Shown here: piece after piece, positions 1 through 11,699 of the stretch
Layout: the number at the start of each line of letters is the position of its first letter
Numbering within the stretch: the first letter of the stretch is position 1
NCBI RefSeq assembly: GCF_018977255.1
Contig: NW_024705497.1
Span: 1-39,556, forward strand
Length of the DNA: 39,556 nucleotides
Origin: Callorhinchus milii
Taxonomy: Eukaryota
Reading direction: 5' to 3'
The notes under the pieces: model-generated
Seen by the model: only the letters and a program-made list of their open reading frames with translations
What the model was told of the DNA's origin: nothing
The model's database searches: none
Translations under genes and position numbers: made by a program

Positions 1-289
1 GTTGGGTTTGTCTATGGCAGTATATAGTACGGGGTAGACCCGTGTGATGTAAGAGAAAAAAGTTTAGCTGGAGGCATATTATATTTTTGCGACGTAGAAT
101 TGTAATGCATGACTTACTGTTAGTAGCTCAGCTTATTGGAGAGTATATTTAGTATATTGATGACACAGATGTAGTTTATATTTTAGTTTTACGTGGTGGT
201 TTGGCTGCTGCAGCTCCTTACTATTAAAATTCCTATCCTTTATACAGCTAACCCTACCTCCTCCCTTTGTTGCTGCTAATTCTACATAA

Positions 290-660
290 TGCACGGGCAT
301 ATATGACTTGAGACCCCCCCCCACCCCTACGCATTCCACAAGTAGTGACTAATCCCATATCTGCATTTACCATAAATATGCTAATTCCTCTGTTGATATG
401 CAAATGCATTTGTCAGGTGCCCTTCCTCCCCTAACCCAGCTTAAATATACGCTGCCAAGCTTGGTGGTGTTCATTCAGACGCTGTATTTCCGACAGACCT
501 GTTCTTCACCTGAGGACGGCTGCTTGCGTTGTGGCCGAAACGTCGTGAGAATTGTATTTTATATGTTTATTTTTATTATTTTATTATTTCCCTTCTATGT
601 GACTTTACCAAAAGAACCAAGAAGACGAATCCCTGCAGTCGCGAAAGCTTTAAATCGAAA
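290..660 (+). mobile_element. Penelope-like element pseudo-LTR (3' end with ~34-nt tail)
   Basis: Closely similar to both arms of the 17796-18392 insertion. Contains ATGCAAAT (398), a TATA-like element (441), a hammerhead (501-551), CTATGTGACTTTACC and the tail CGAATCCCTGCAGTCGCGAAAGCTTTAAATCGAA (626-659). Left boundary approximate. Confidence 0.85.
501..551 (+). ncRNA. Minimal type I hammerhead ribozyme (PLE-associated)
   Basis: TTCAC-CTGAGGA-C-GGCTGC-TTGCGTT-GTGGCC-GAAA-CGTC-GTGAGAA. Core CUGAnGA/GAAA, 6-bp stem II, palindromic ACGU stem III; predicted cleavage after C544. Confidence 0.85.
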
Positions 661-859
661 GTTGATACATGGGCAAATGACTGACAAACCTGTGTACCAA
701 TTAGCCGAGCGTGGGGTTTGAAATTGTGTGTATTTGAGCGCAATTGCGTCGGTGTTTAGACGTAGCAGGGTGTTCGGCTTGTACCAGCACTCTGCCCTTC
801 TATATGTACTATCCTGGAGTGAGCTCTATTCAAAGTGAACTTACGCCCCAACCTGTCTC

Positions 860-1000
860 GGCGCCTCACCGCGGAGTGCAGCTCTCTCCATCGCATCCTA
901 CCCCATGGTACATACCCTAAGACGTCCTGGTCTAAAACAATATTTTGATACATGATTGGAGGGCAAGGTCTGGAGGGACCCCACGTAGGCCTTGGGTTCT
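860..1000 (+). mobile_element. Highly decayed RTE-clade LINE ORF fragment (post-RT region)
   Basis: Across frameshifts it reads roughly H-TLRRPG...KTI...EGK-RSGGTPRRPW, resembling the RTE 'GH..R...K.IL.G..EGKR.RGRPR..W' motif. Confidence 0.35.
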
Positions 1001-1392
1001 TGCACCTGAGCCTCCGGTTGCATCTGGTGGTTTGGAGTTATCGATGTGTTTACCTCGTGATGTGACTGACAGCACAGTTGGGGATATGTTCAATAAAAAT
1101 AATTATTATAGTTCACAAATTAGTGATCTTAAAATGTCTTCCCAGATGGAAGGCAGCTGGCATTAGCTGGAAAAATGTGAGCTTAATGATGATTAGACAT
1201 GATTAATTTTGTAAAAATTACAATAATATTCCGTGGGCTTCTAATAATACAATTACATACATTTTCAATGATACAACTGGGTAAGGCATATTTTGTTTAG
1301 TATAATTTCACACACCTCAAGTGTAATCGGACAATTTAATACAGGAAGCATGGTGCATTCATACCTGAAGCACAAGCATGAGTGTGGAGACA

Positions 1393-1560
1393 GGGCCTAG
1401 CGGTAGCACGTTCGCCACTTTTTGTAGAGTTTCACGGTTCGACTCGAGCGGCTGCCCTGCTTATTACTGAGGGTGTGATATCCGTAAAAACACTTCGTGC
1501 TGTATGCTTCACAGTGAACATAAAGATCCCAAGACTTCTAATTTGCCACATTTGAAAAAG
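1393..1560 (+). mobile_element. tRNA-derived SINE, degenerate, with Deu-domain-like segment
   Basis: A-box-like GGCCTAGCGGTAG, B-box GGTTCGACTC (~1436), then CAGTGAACATAAAGATCCC resembling the DeuSINE central motif. Confidence 0.5.
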
Positions 1561-2033
1561 TAAAAATGCTTAATCCAAATTCTGATTGCGCATAGCAATC
1601 ATCTGCCCCCCCCCCCATACTGCAAAAAAAACTTGGCAGGACCCTCTATAAAATAGTCTTTTCTGGGGAAACAATCATAATAATTAAATTATTGTTTAAA
1701 AAAGACATATGTATGCGAATATGTCCAGAATGCGCACGAGCAATGCATTTTGAATACAGTTCATGAAATTTGTTTATTCAGACAAAATTTCTTAAGAAAT
1801 GCTTTGGTTTAGTTTGTTCTTCCCCCGTACTTCCGATGTTTAGCAAGGTTGGTTACATATGGTGCAAATTAAGTACAGTGCAACAAACATACATTCCAGA
1901 GTACAACTGCACAAAGCTTTAAGGTATCACAGGTGGCAACACTGTTGTCAGGCAGTTATACAACTTTGTGATGTTGCTATGCTAACCTAGTGGCATCCAT
2001 ATCGCGTTCTTGGTGCAGGGACTCTGTACTGTA

Positions 2034-2300
2034 CAGGGACTTCTCAACTTACGAATGAGTTATGTTCCAAAGGTCTCTTCGTACATCGATTTGTTCGTAA
2101 GTCCAACTTTACTCATGTCGATTCCAAACATGTTGTACGGCATGTATACTAAATACGGGAAATGCCTTTAAGTGTTGTATAATTTCCGATAGATGTGGAT
2201 GCCACCACCCCCATCAATTACGACTCTTGGTCCGAACTGGCAACTGGACATACGGATAGGTTCGTCTCTTTGAAAGTTCGTAAGTCAGATGTTCGTAAGT
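2034..2300. mobile_element. Tigger/pogo-type non-autonomous DNA transposon (right TIR truncated)
   Basis: TA|CAGGGACTTCTCAACTTACGAA at the left. Repeated inverted TTCGTAAGT motifs at ~2094, 2277 and 2292 are typical of Tigger-like MITEs. Confidence 0.6.
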
Positions 2301-3150
2301 ATGTGATGCATTTCTAAGACGTCAGAAAAAACTGCCGTGCAGGCTGTGGCGACCGCCCACTCCACCGCGTTGGAGTCGACGGCGCAAGGTCTCCTGCAGT
2401 AATTAGCCTCTCACGGTATTGAGCCCCCTCCTGCCCCCACACTGTCACCCAACAAATGATAAATTACCACTCGTGGAGGGAGGGTGGAGTTTGGGGTGGT
2501 CCAAGAAAGGCTCTCCTTAAAAGCAGTGGAGCAAATCAAATTTTACACAGATACTAACATCACAATCTTCTTATTAAGTGTCGTAGTAGACTAGTGATTC
2601 GGTGCCAGGTCCTTTCAAATATTCATACATTTTCATATTAAGTAGGGGCTGGCATTGCTAAATTGCATGTCTCCTGTATTAATGCATATGTAACTATTTT
2701 AATTTGAGGCTTCAGGGGCCATACAAAGTGGTAGAATGCCATTGAGCCTAATAATAGGCAGAGAGTTTATATACGCCTTTATAAAGGAGATTATTTTTGG
2801 AAGTTCCATGGAGATTATAAAACGTATATGTAGGGTTCGCATGCAAAAAAATACACTTTGAGAATGTGACAACAACAAAAATAATCCCAACCTGTTAAGT
2901 CCATCTTCACTGTAAATATATACAGCGGAGATTAATATGTACTCTTGTGAAACGATTTAAGACGTTACAATGACAATACTGCTGCCCAGATAATACCTTA
3001 ATGAAGTGTATGCAATTTCATATCTCATTCTGAAATATTTTTTACCACCTTTTTATACATTTGTCTTTAGCTGTGATTTTTGAACTATGTATAGAAACAT
3101 GGTTTTACATTCCGACACATGTATTGTATCTGTATGTATGCCCATGTATG

Positions 3151-3583
3151 TGTAGAGACAGGGCATGTCTGGAGACAGTGCGGGTGCAGGGACAGTGCAT
3201 GGACTAGCGGTCACGAGTAGAAATTACAGGGAATTGATAATAATAAAGGGTGAGCTGTGACAAGCGGGAACCATCAGGGAAGTTCGGGAATGGGCCAGAG
3301 AGTTGGGGAAAAGGTGCGTGGCTGGGGGCGGGGTGAGGCCCACGCCGGGGATTAAAGGAGGCGAGAGGCGAGGTTCGAGGCTGCCGTGGGATCGGTGTCG
3401 TCGCTGTCTTCACGCCGTCGCTGTCTTTGCGCCATCGCTGTCTTCACGTAGTCACTGTCTTCGCATCATCGATACTTGCATGCCATTCCTGGCTCAAGTT
3501 ATCCGTGTGTTATCCCAGGCCGAGTTAACTGCATGAAGCACCCTAAATAATAATAAAGTTCGAGTCGTGCGAGAATCATTACA
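3151..3583 (+). mobile_element. Solo LTR (433 bp)
   Basis: TGTA...TACA ends; flanks TATG/CATG (4-bp TSD, 1 mismatch); TATA-like GATTAAA ~3350 and AATAAA ~3552. Confidence 0.75.
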
Positions 3584-3704
3584 CATGTAAGACCTCTTTG
3601 TCAATCCATTGATGGATGAAGGCCTTCCCATGCTTTACTTATTCTTAGGTTTTTTCGGTAAAGTCACGTAGGTAAAAATTTTTATAAAAGTAAAATAAAA
3701 TAAA

Positions 3705-3750
3705 ATCACGACGTTTCGGAGGCAACACAAGCTTCCGTCTTCAGGTGGAA
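3705..3750 (-). ncRNA. Minimal hammerhead ribozyme
   Basis: Reverse complement: TTCCAC-CTGAAGA-C-GGAAGC-TTGTGTT-GCCTCC-GAAA-CGTC-GTGA. Confidence 0.8.
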
Positions 3751-3871
3751 CCGTCACAGCCCGACAGCTGTATCAAGTAAATGAGAGATTACAGGAGATA
3801 CCACTCCGTATATATAATGGTTGAGGGAAGGGGGGGAGGGCCAGGAATGGCCCACTTTTTATTATTATGGT

Positions 3872-4388
3872 AAGGTGCGGTTTGAGACTATGAATAGACT
3901 GCATAACAAAAGACTGAGCCTTTATTATGGAGAGGTTCGGTTTGTGACTACGCCTAGCCTACATAACAAAAGTGTGAAAAAAGAAAGCTAAACCTGGTAG
4001 AAAGCTAAACCTGGTAAAACAAACTGGCTGTCCATCAGTAACCTGCAATAGTTTTCTGTCAAATAAGATGGTCCAAATAAGTGTAGTTAAATCTTTTTTG
4101 CATGGTTAATCACATCTTTCCAATGATTAAAGGTGCGGCTTGAGACTATGAATAGACTGCATAACAAAAGACTGAGCCTTTATTATGGAGAGGTTCGGTT
4201 TGTGACTACGCCTGGCCTGCATAACAAAAGTGTGAAAAAAGAAAGCTTAACCTGGTAGAAAGCTAAACATGGTAAAACAAAACTGGCTGTCTATCAGTAA
4301 CCTGTAATAGTTTTCCGTCAAATAAGATGATCCAAATAAGTGTAGTTAAATCTTTGTTGCATGGTTAATCATATCTTTCCAATGATTA
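3872..4388. repeat. Tandem duplication, 2 x ~258 bp
   Basis: AAGGTGCGG.TTGAGACTATGAATAGACTG starts at 3872 and 4130; both units end CTTTCCAATGATTA. Confidence 0.9.
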
Positions 4389-4389
4389 C

Positions 4390-4985
4390 AAATATACAAA
4401 CACAGCATAATTTCAACCGTAATGATGGTTACAAACTGAGTAAGTATGAAGCCTTGTACCTTTTTTTATAAAATGAAAAAAAAGGAGCACAAAATGAGAT
4501 ACCGAAAATAGTGTTGAATTACTATTAACAAGGTCAAGTAAACACAGGTCTGCTTTTGGCCCCCTACCAGGTAGCGGTAGACCTGAAGTGCTAATTAAAT
4601 GACCCAAGCGCAGTGTGTGGGTGCTCTCTCTCTCTCACGCAAAACATGGTCTGGTAGCGGTGGCAAAAAGGGCTTTGTTGTTGGCCACAGGAAAACGTCT
4701 GGGGTCATCTAACTCGCCTTGTTTACAATGCAGTTTGAAGGACCCTCCTGAGCAACGTTCGTCCAGTCATTGACCACACACACGGCTTGTGTTTGTGCTG
4801 CAGTGATCAAAGCTAGATTTCCATATGGCACAAAATAACGTCTCTTGACAAGAACACTAAATGAAAAGCATGGAAAATGTATTCCTGCATCAGCAGTTCT
4901 CCTGATGTGATGACGGTTGCTTGTGTTGCGATCGAAACGTTGTGATCTATAAATGTTCTATCTACGTCACTTTAAATCACTTCAT
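4390..4985 (+). mobile_element. 5'-truncated Penelope-like element: end of GIY-YIG ORF, 3' UTR and hammerhead
   Basis: TTCAACCGTAATGATGGTTACAAACTGAGT (FNRNDGYKLS) matches the ORF end of the PLE at 11318 (FNREDGYKLS). A hammerhead follows at ~4900, then CTACGTCACTTTA. Confidence 0.7.
4896..4946 (+). ncRNA. Minimal hammerhead ribozyme, degenerate (TGATG duplicated in core)
   Basis: CTGATG-TGATGA-C-GGTTGC-TTGTGTT-GCGATC-GAAA-CGTT-GTGA. Confidence 0.65.
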
Positions 4986-6361
4986 ATTATTAATACGTAT
5001 TTTGCATATTAAATCTCATTTGAAGATACACATTTCCACGTATAATGTTAATTGTTATTCTAAAATATGTACACAGCTGTTTAAAATTTTGTGGAGATAT
5101 TATCAAATGTTTTTTTGTATGTATTGTGTATTACGTGATGACAATGAGGTGAGATACAATCGTGTGACCACATAATGGTTTCCTTGTGCGGTAACACAGC
5201 CATTGTATTACTCTGGTTAATACTGTTGAGTGGACAGATTGAGCCGCATCCTGATGAACTCACATCGTGACACGAACGCGATTGAAACTTTGTAGAGTTA
5301 AACAATGTTGAGAAATGAGAATAGAGCGACAAATTAATGTTTCTGTGTGCGATTAAATACAAATGTTTGAAGAATTAGTTTAAGCCTAATTTTTGTAAGC
5401 CGTTTAATGGTATATGTTTTACAAAAAAATACATTGACAGCAGGTAAAGGGCAATAACAGTGTTTGGGACCTCGGATAAATGTTGACACTCTAGACTCTG
5501 GGGCTCTTTAAAGTAAAAACAAATGTTGGTGCTTGAGTTTGAAGAAACATGATTACGGAGCTGGAACAAAAGGGATCCATATAATTTAGTTTAGTAACAT
5601 ATTTATCTATTGGTTCATTGATCTCAAATGCAATTAAACATATGCTGACATCACAATTGTGTTTCGACATGTTCTCTATCCATAAATTGGCACAATTTTT
5701 CCAGATTTTGAGACGTAAAGGAGTTCAAGGTGTCAAATGTTGCACAGATCTAGTCTGTATTCCTGTCAGGCTCTACCCCAACCCTTGACTAAGGTAGGAA
5801 TTGAGTCGTAACAATAATGACAATGGTGCAGTTATTTAATTGAAATAAATGCCGTATTTGTATGCTGACCGTGGTGGATTTTGGTCATATTTGACCATTA
5901 TGATGAATAAATTTCGCTTACGTTATAATCGTTCGATGAAATATTTGTCGTTATTTATGAATGGTGACAAATGCAAAAAAGGTATAGCATGTTGATAGGA
6001 AATTTGAGTCTTAAAAAAAATGCTAAATTAAATGCATTGGAACTTCTGTGGAGCATTCAGATTATTATATTTAAACACATATACTGTATATATTGTTTGT
6101 ACAAACTAAAGCAAAATGGTTGTCAGGCTGTTATGATTTTTAAAATATATTTTGCATTTACATATAAATAAAATACATATAAAATTGGGTCCGATATATA
6201 TTCATTATTTTTTGTGCACGTTCTTTCAAATTTTCTCGCCTCGTAATTGTGTGCATTGAATGGTTGTTTCAACAATAATATCTTAGATTACATGTCTATT
6301 TTGGTGCATGGTATATATGAAAAATTTTATGCACATATTTGAGGAGAGCATCTTTTAAATA

Positions 6362-6570
6362 CACTACAGACAACGCACTATCAGTATTGGCAAAGGAGGT
6401 CTCATGAAGTAGCTACTCACCCCGAGCTCTCAATTTCCTGATAGTGCGTTGTCTTTGTCCTGTTCGCCTTTTGACGTCCTCTGGTCTAACACTGTTTAAG
6501 ACTAGGCTCTAAAGAAATCTGTCTCTAATGTGCATCAATCAGTTTAAAAAGACAATGCACATACTATCAG
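6362..6570. mobile_element. Possible CACTA/EnSpm transposon end with subterminal repeats
   Basis: Starts CACTACAGAC. AGACAACGCACTATCAG (6368) recurs inverted at ~6438 and degenerate at ~6550. No matching other end was found. Confidence 0.4.
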
Positions 6571-6831
6571 AGCATGTTTTTTTGTTGTTTGCATGTTCAT
6601 CACAATTATATGTGGTAAATGCAGACATGATTCCTGGAAAAGGTTTCAGTTTGGTGTTTTAACATCTTCACACCTGTTTTATTGCCAGAAAGGGGAAACC
6701 CCTATTAACGAAAGGGAATATTGTTAATTAAGAATTATAATATTAGACTTAATGTTGTTTACCCTTTAATACTAATACTACTCTTTGGTTATTTCGGTAA
6801 AGTCACGTAGAAATACATAAATTAAATAATA

Positions 6832-6880
6832 GAATACGACGTTTCGATTGCAACACATGCAGTCGTCATCAGGTAGAACT
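6832..6880 (-). ncRNA. Minimal hammerhead ribozyme
   Basis: Reverse complement: TTCTAC-CTGATGA-C-GACTGC-ATGTGTT-GCAATC-GAAA-CGTC-GTA. Stem I is TAC/GTA versus CAC/GTG in other copies (compensatory). Confidence 0.8.
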
Positions 6881-6885
6881 AAATT

Positions 6886-7056
6886 TGAGAGAGAGACAAA
6901 ACACAGATACGGAGACACACATACAGACACACAAGCAGAGAGACACAACACAGAGACACACAGAGAGAGACACACACACACCATAGACACACATAGACCC
7001 AATGCCTCTGTGTCGTGGCCTTAAATAGAGAGAGAGGGAGGGACAGAGAGAGAGAG
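6886..7056. repeat. Compound (AC)n/(AG)n microsatellite
   Basis: Direct inspection. Confidence 0.8.
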
Positions 7057-7465
7057 GTGGGTCTGCTGGAGCTGATAAATTAGCATGTCAATGAGAGAGC
7101 TGTGTGGAAATTCACCCCGCGGCAGCAAGGGGAGAGAAAGTCCTAGCAAGTTTGGTAAATTTTTGGGATTTATGAAACGGCAAAACTTTTTTCAAAAGTC
7201 TTCTTCAGAAGAACAATTGCGTAGAAGCAATATCGATCAGAGACACCCTCCATGTCACAATATCGCAGCTTAATTTATTAGGCACCAAGTTTGCCTAAGT
7301 AAAAATTGGGGGCGTGCCTCATATTCTACTGTGCACGTGAGTCTTGGGGTCTAATCCCTGATCACCATTGCCTTCACTTATATTCATGATAATATACAAA
7401 ATGCACCTGGTTACCCGTAGCTAATGGAAGAGGTTTTTTTAGGTTCCCGTATGCAACAGAGTATA

Positions 7466-7829
7466 CAATTGAACCTTATGGCGGGACCCCGGGGTCCCAT
7501 AAGCCCTCGCTCCCGCATAAACTGTGTTGCAACATAACTTTATGTCTGTTGAAGGCGAACAACATGGCAATCTATTCCTCTCGAGGAGGTCTACACGATG
7601 AGCTAACCAAAGTTTAAAAGTTTTATTTATGACTATGGTATTCATCCTCACTGTGCTTAGACGACAAAGTTTAAAAGCTTTATTTATGACTATGGTATTC
7701 ATCCTCGCTGTGCTTAGACGACATGACGAAAGAATGATCCGTGCCAGGTGGGTCGTGGCGTTTATGTGCGCGGTGGGATTTTGACTTGCGTTTTTCGGGA
7801 CCCCGGGGTCCCGCCATAAGGTTCAATTG
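7466..7829. mobile_element. MITE with perfect 33-bp TIRs and TA target duplication
   Basis: TA|CAATTGAACCTTATGGCGGGACCCCGGGGTCCC ... GGGACCCCGGGGTCCCGCCATAAGGTTCAATTG|TA; internal 2 x ~57-bp tandem duplication at ~7608-7721. Confidence 0.9.
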
Positions 7830-8469
7830 TACGTGTGATTAATCACAGGTGAGCTCACACCAGCTACATATGGAAGCTCGGGTCGGGGGGGGTGTAACGG
7901 TGTGGACGAATGCTGTCGCGCCGGGGTGAGCCGAGGTGGCCGAGGCTTCATGAGGTAAGGGGGGTGAGCGGTTATGAGGGGTAAACTCCCCAAACCCCCC
8001 ATCTCCAGAAGCCAAGGCGCCATAGAGTCTGGCCTTGACTAGGGGCGGAGCAAAAGTTTTCAAGTCAGGGCAAGCCAGTTGGCATGGAGTGAGTGGTAGT
8101 CTTCGGAGCTGTGGTAGCAGAGCTTATGTCATCATATTACAGGGCTCCAATTGGGGGGTGCTGCACGAGCTAAGTTTATTGACAGAGGCCGCGAGGGCGA
8201 TACTCAGTTTGTAAACGTGAGCACTACCCATGTATGGGCCGCGGGGTGTTCAGCATTCGCCGGGGCGGGGATTCGGTGGTCAACATTCGCCGGGGGTAGG
8301 AGTGGTCTGCGTTCGCCAGGGCTGGAGGGGCTCCCATGGTGGGGCCGACTGTTGCCAAGAGCTGCTGTCGTACGGGCAACTCACTGACCGGGACTGTTGT
8401 TGCAATGGGCTGTTGCGGACGCTGCTGGTGGGTGGAGTCCGCTGTGTGTGGTGCTGCGGGCTGGGTGAG

Positions 8470-8780
8470 TCCATGGCCAGGATGACTGTTTGAGTCACTG
8501 TGAGCATTAGTGTGAGCTGGGACCCGGGACTGCCGCTGCATTGAGTCACTCAGAGAGCTGTTGTAAACTCCAAAACCAAGTCCCAAAACTGCAGCTGCGT
8601 TGAGTTGTTCAGAGCACTGTTGATAGTGACAAACCAAGACCTGGGACTGCCGCTGTGTTGGGTTGGTCAGAGCGCTGTTAGAAGCTCCAAAACCAAGTTC
8701 CGATAGTGTCACTGCAGTGAGTCGCTCAGAGCCCTGTTTAAAATGCCAACCAAGTCCTGAGACTGCCGCTATACTGGACT
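8470..8780. repeat. Degenerate minisatellite, ~58-bp period, ~5 copies
   Basis: Recurring GACTGCCGCTG...TCAGAG..CTGTT...AACCAAG units. Confidence 0.7.
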
Positions 8781-9612
8781 TCTCGATTGTTGTCTCAACA
8801 CCCAAGAGTGGAGTGTGCGTCAGGGTTGGTACGGGAGGTCGTCGTGTTTTTCTGGATCTGTTTTGTCAGCACAGTGTTCTGTGATTGTCAACACCCGGGG
8901 GGCCCCGTGTTAAACTGGTGAACTACGGCGTTATACAAATGTGTTATGTTACTGTTGTCGAAGGTTTTTTGAAGAGTTGGTTGTACTTGGTCGTCACGAA
9001 ATGATTAGCCACCACAGTTGGTTCGTGTCATTGTGCATAGTGTTTCAATAGTACATAACGAACTAAGGCATAATTAACAAATTCCAAATCGTGTTAAGAT
9101 TCCCTATATTCCGGATAGAGTTATTGTCCATTTCTCTGTCGCCATTAAAGCACATTAAAAAAAATCTGCTTTGGTAACCTAGAACATGTTGATGGATTTG
9201 CATGGGAGAAAAAATGGATCCTAATTCCTCTCTTGCCCATATTTAAAAAAAAAATTGTAATCTTCACAAGTATGGCGCATTAAGTAATGTGGGGGTGGGG
9301 GCTTGGTGGGAGATTGTATCTACCATATTTGTTTCTGTTGAATAAGTCCGTTGCTTCAATCAAAGGAAAACACCTGCGTTTTGACCACATATTCAATCAG
9401 CCTTGTGATGGATTATAACAGGTGTTTTTTGGTGGAAGTTATTACCCAGGGTTAATAAAGTGATGTCATTTATTTGCTTATTTATTCACAATATCAGATG
9501 CATCATTCTTAATCCTCGTCAATGACAATTGTCTTTCGCGCCCCAAACAAGCATACGGATGGTGCGCATTTTCCACCGGATGCAGTGATTTCATATTAGG
9601 AAACGTATATAC

Positions 9613-9765
9613 CAGGGGTCGCAAAAAATAACAAGAAGAGCCATTCTTTCAAATTCGTACAAAATTCAGTATTTCAAGAGCCCAATGCATCTGAGTACAT
9701 ACGTACTCATCGTCAAGAAGCAGCCGTAAGAGCGCATGCGGCTCGAGCGTAGTTGCCGACCCCTG
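9613..9765. mobile_element. hAT (Buster/Charlie-type) MITE, 153 bp
   Basis: CAGGGGTCGCAA...TTGCCGACCCCTG; left flank GTATATAC, right flank (G)TATATAC (8-bp NNNTANNN TSD with one base lost). Confidence 0.75.
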
Positions 9766-9916
9766 TATATACTGTATTCCATTTGCGCTCACACACAATA
9801 ACAAGGACCACAATTTGCCGCCGAGTGGCAGCAACATCATTGACTCGAGCACTAAACAAGGTGCACATCGTGAAAGCCTAAGTTGTGGAATGGACACAAA
9901 TCGTATTTGGTAGAGG

Positions 9917-10320
9917 TGTAGTGACATCGTGGGATGTCGCTGTGTAGTGCCGGCCATAGAGAGGCACGGCGTGCGGTGTAACGATATCGCGGATACCACT
10001 ATGGTGTGGGTGTAGTAACGGCCCGAGAGGAGCTCGGTCAGCGCTGATTAGAGCTGGATGGGACCACACTTGACATGCAGTGCCAGCCCTACAGGACAGG
10101 GTGTGGGAGTGCCGCCCGTAGGAATGAGGTTACTAAAGGCCATGGCACTCTAGTTGACCCGAGAGGACACGTTACCAGTTACGTCTACAAAGGGATAGGG
10201 GTGGTCACGTGGTCGGGGTCCAGATCATGCTCAAGGATTGGGGAAGGTTGTCATGGCCAAGGGCGGAGCCAGCCACGCCGCAGAGAATATAAGCTGGGTG
10301 AGGCAGTGTCTCACCAGGGC
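9917..10320 (+). mobile_element. LTR, 3'-truncated at the PLE junction
   Basis: Starts TGTAGTGACATC. Homologous to the reverse complement of 14311-14890 (GGCCATG.CACTCT.GTTGACCCG.GAGGACAC; GCCACGCCG.AGAGAATATAAGC). Confidence 0.8.
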
Positions 10321-11385
10321 CGGTACATCAGCATTCAGTCCTTCACCTGGAATGGAACATTCTACAAATAAGTTGAAGGTACCCCAATGGGTTCTCCCTT
10401 ATCTCCAGTTGTAGCCAATGTCTTAATGGATAAATTTGAGACAGATGCCATCCAGGCATCCACCCTACGTCCTTCCTTGTGGAAAAGATACGTAGATGAT
10501 ACGTTCTTCATCTGGCCACATGGCCTACCAGCTCTGGACCAATTCTTCAATCACATCAATTCCATATACATAGCCATCAAATTCACCATGGAGGTGGAAA
10601 AGGATGGCAAGTTACCATTCTTGGATGTTTTGATCGAAAAAAAGACCTTATAGCTCAATGGGACATTGTCTACAGGAAAGCCACCCATACAGATGCCTAC
10701 CTAAAACCTGACTCCACCACCATCTATCCCAGAAGAATTCCCTAATCAAAACTCTAGACCATAGAGCTAATTGTATTTCCGACCATCACCACATAGCCAG
10801 TGAACTGGAGCACATACACCAATCCCTCAAGAAGAATGGATATTCAAACTACACAATCCATAAAGCTATCACCCAAACCGTTGGGAAAGAACCATCTGAG
10901 GACCCAATCAAAACCATCACCTTGCCATACATAGCAGGGGTCACCAAATAGATTTACAAAATGATGATCAAACAAGATCCAGGAATGATTCAACATAGTG
11001 CATAGAATTCGTGATTTGATCCCATCTGTGACAGATGTGATCCCTAACATGCAATACCCCGGTGTCTACAAACTAAGCTGTGTTTGCGGCAACAGTTGCA
11101 TTGGGGAAACTAAGCGACATGTCTCGGACCGAGTTCGTAACATAAGGCAGATCTGAAACACGGTAGCACCAACACCTCAGCTGTGACTGAATTGTTTTAA
11201 CGCTGTGGGCACACACGGAATTGATTTTGCCAAGACGAGGATACTCTGCAAGCCCACTGGCTATCAGCAAAGATTTGTTCTTGAAGCCATCCATACATAT
11301 ATAAACACAGACACAATTTCAACCGAGAAGATGGGTACAAACTGAGCAATCATTCGAAGGATGTTATTAAACAGTTTAGGTCATA
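10321..11385 (+). pseudogene. Penelope-like element reverse transcriptase + GIY-YIG endonuclease, 5'-truncated, with stops and frameshifts
   Basis: FTWNGTFYK*VEGTPMGSPLSPVVANVLM, WKRYVDDTF, FTMEVEKDGKLPFLDV, VYRKATHTDAYL, LKKNGY, TLPYIAG, PGVYKL, IGETKR, LEAIH, FNREDGYKLS. The 3' UTR continues to ~11691 (ATGCAAAT at 11581). Confidence 0.92.
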
Positions 11386-11699
11386 ACTGGCTGTGATGTT
11401 CCCTCCCTACCTACCTATGTTACCAGTTATTTTCGACTCTCTGAGTTACATTCACTAACACAACCACCGTTAGCTGAATTAGTAAATGGTGGCTTGCCAT
11501 GCTTTTCCACCACCATGTGGCGATGGCTCTTTTCGAGCTCTCTCTGAGCTTACATTTACAAGCTAATTTCTTACATTGACATGCAAATCTCTAACAATAC
11601 AATGGCCACCCCCACAGCTTTGTTTGTCAATATTTCTCCAATCTTACATTTACACGCAAATTTCATCTCTAGCCCCGCCCACTGACCGTTGGTCTACAC

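Larger units (their letters stand above)
3640..4388 (-). mobile_element. Penelope-like pseudo-LTR, minus strand
   Basis: Reverse complement has TATATA (~3810), a hammerhead and CTACGTGACTTTACCGAAA. Extent towards 4388 is uncertain. Confidence 0.7.
6782..7100 (-). mobile_element. Penelope-like pseudo-LTR, minus strand
   Basis: Reverse complement order: ACATGCTAAT, TATTTAA, (TG/TC)n, hammerhead, CTACGTGACTTTACCGAAATAACCAAAGA. Confidence 0.75.

Noticed and set aside
398..721. 107-aa ORF, also seen at 18164 and 17827
   Set aside because: Translation of the non-coding pLTR/hammerhead; the apparent fusion to transposase at 18164-18823 is a chance in-frame insertion.
2302..2564. TGTGATG...CATCACA possible short solo LTR
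   Set aside because: Flanks AGTA/ATCT do not form a TSD and there is no clear poly-A signal.
5245..5295. CTGATGA...GAAAC hammerhead-like motif
   Set aside because: The possible stem II (ATCGTG/CGCGAT) is six bases away from the core, there is no convincing stem I or III, and the downstream PLE motif is missing.
7840..8884. GC-rich overlapping ORFs up to 193 aa
   Set aside because: No recognisable motif; partly minisatellite; possibly a decayed retroelement ORF1, but I cannot support that.
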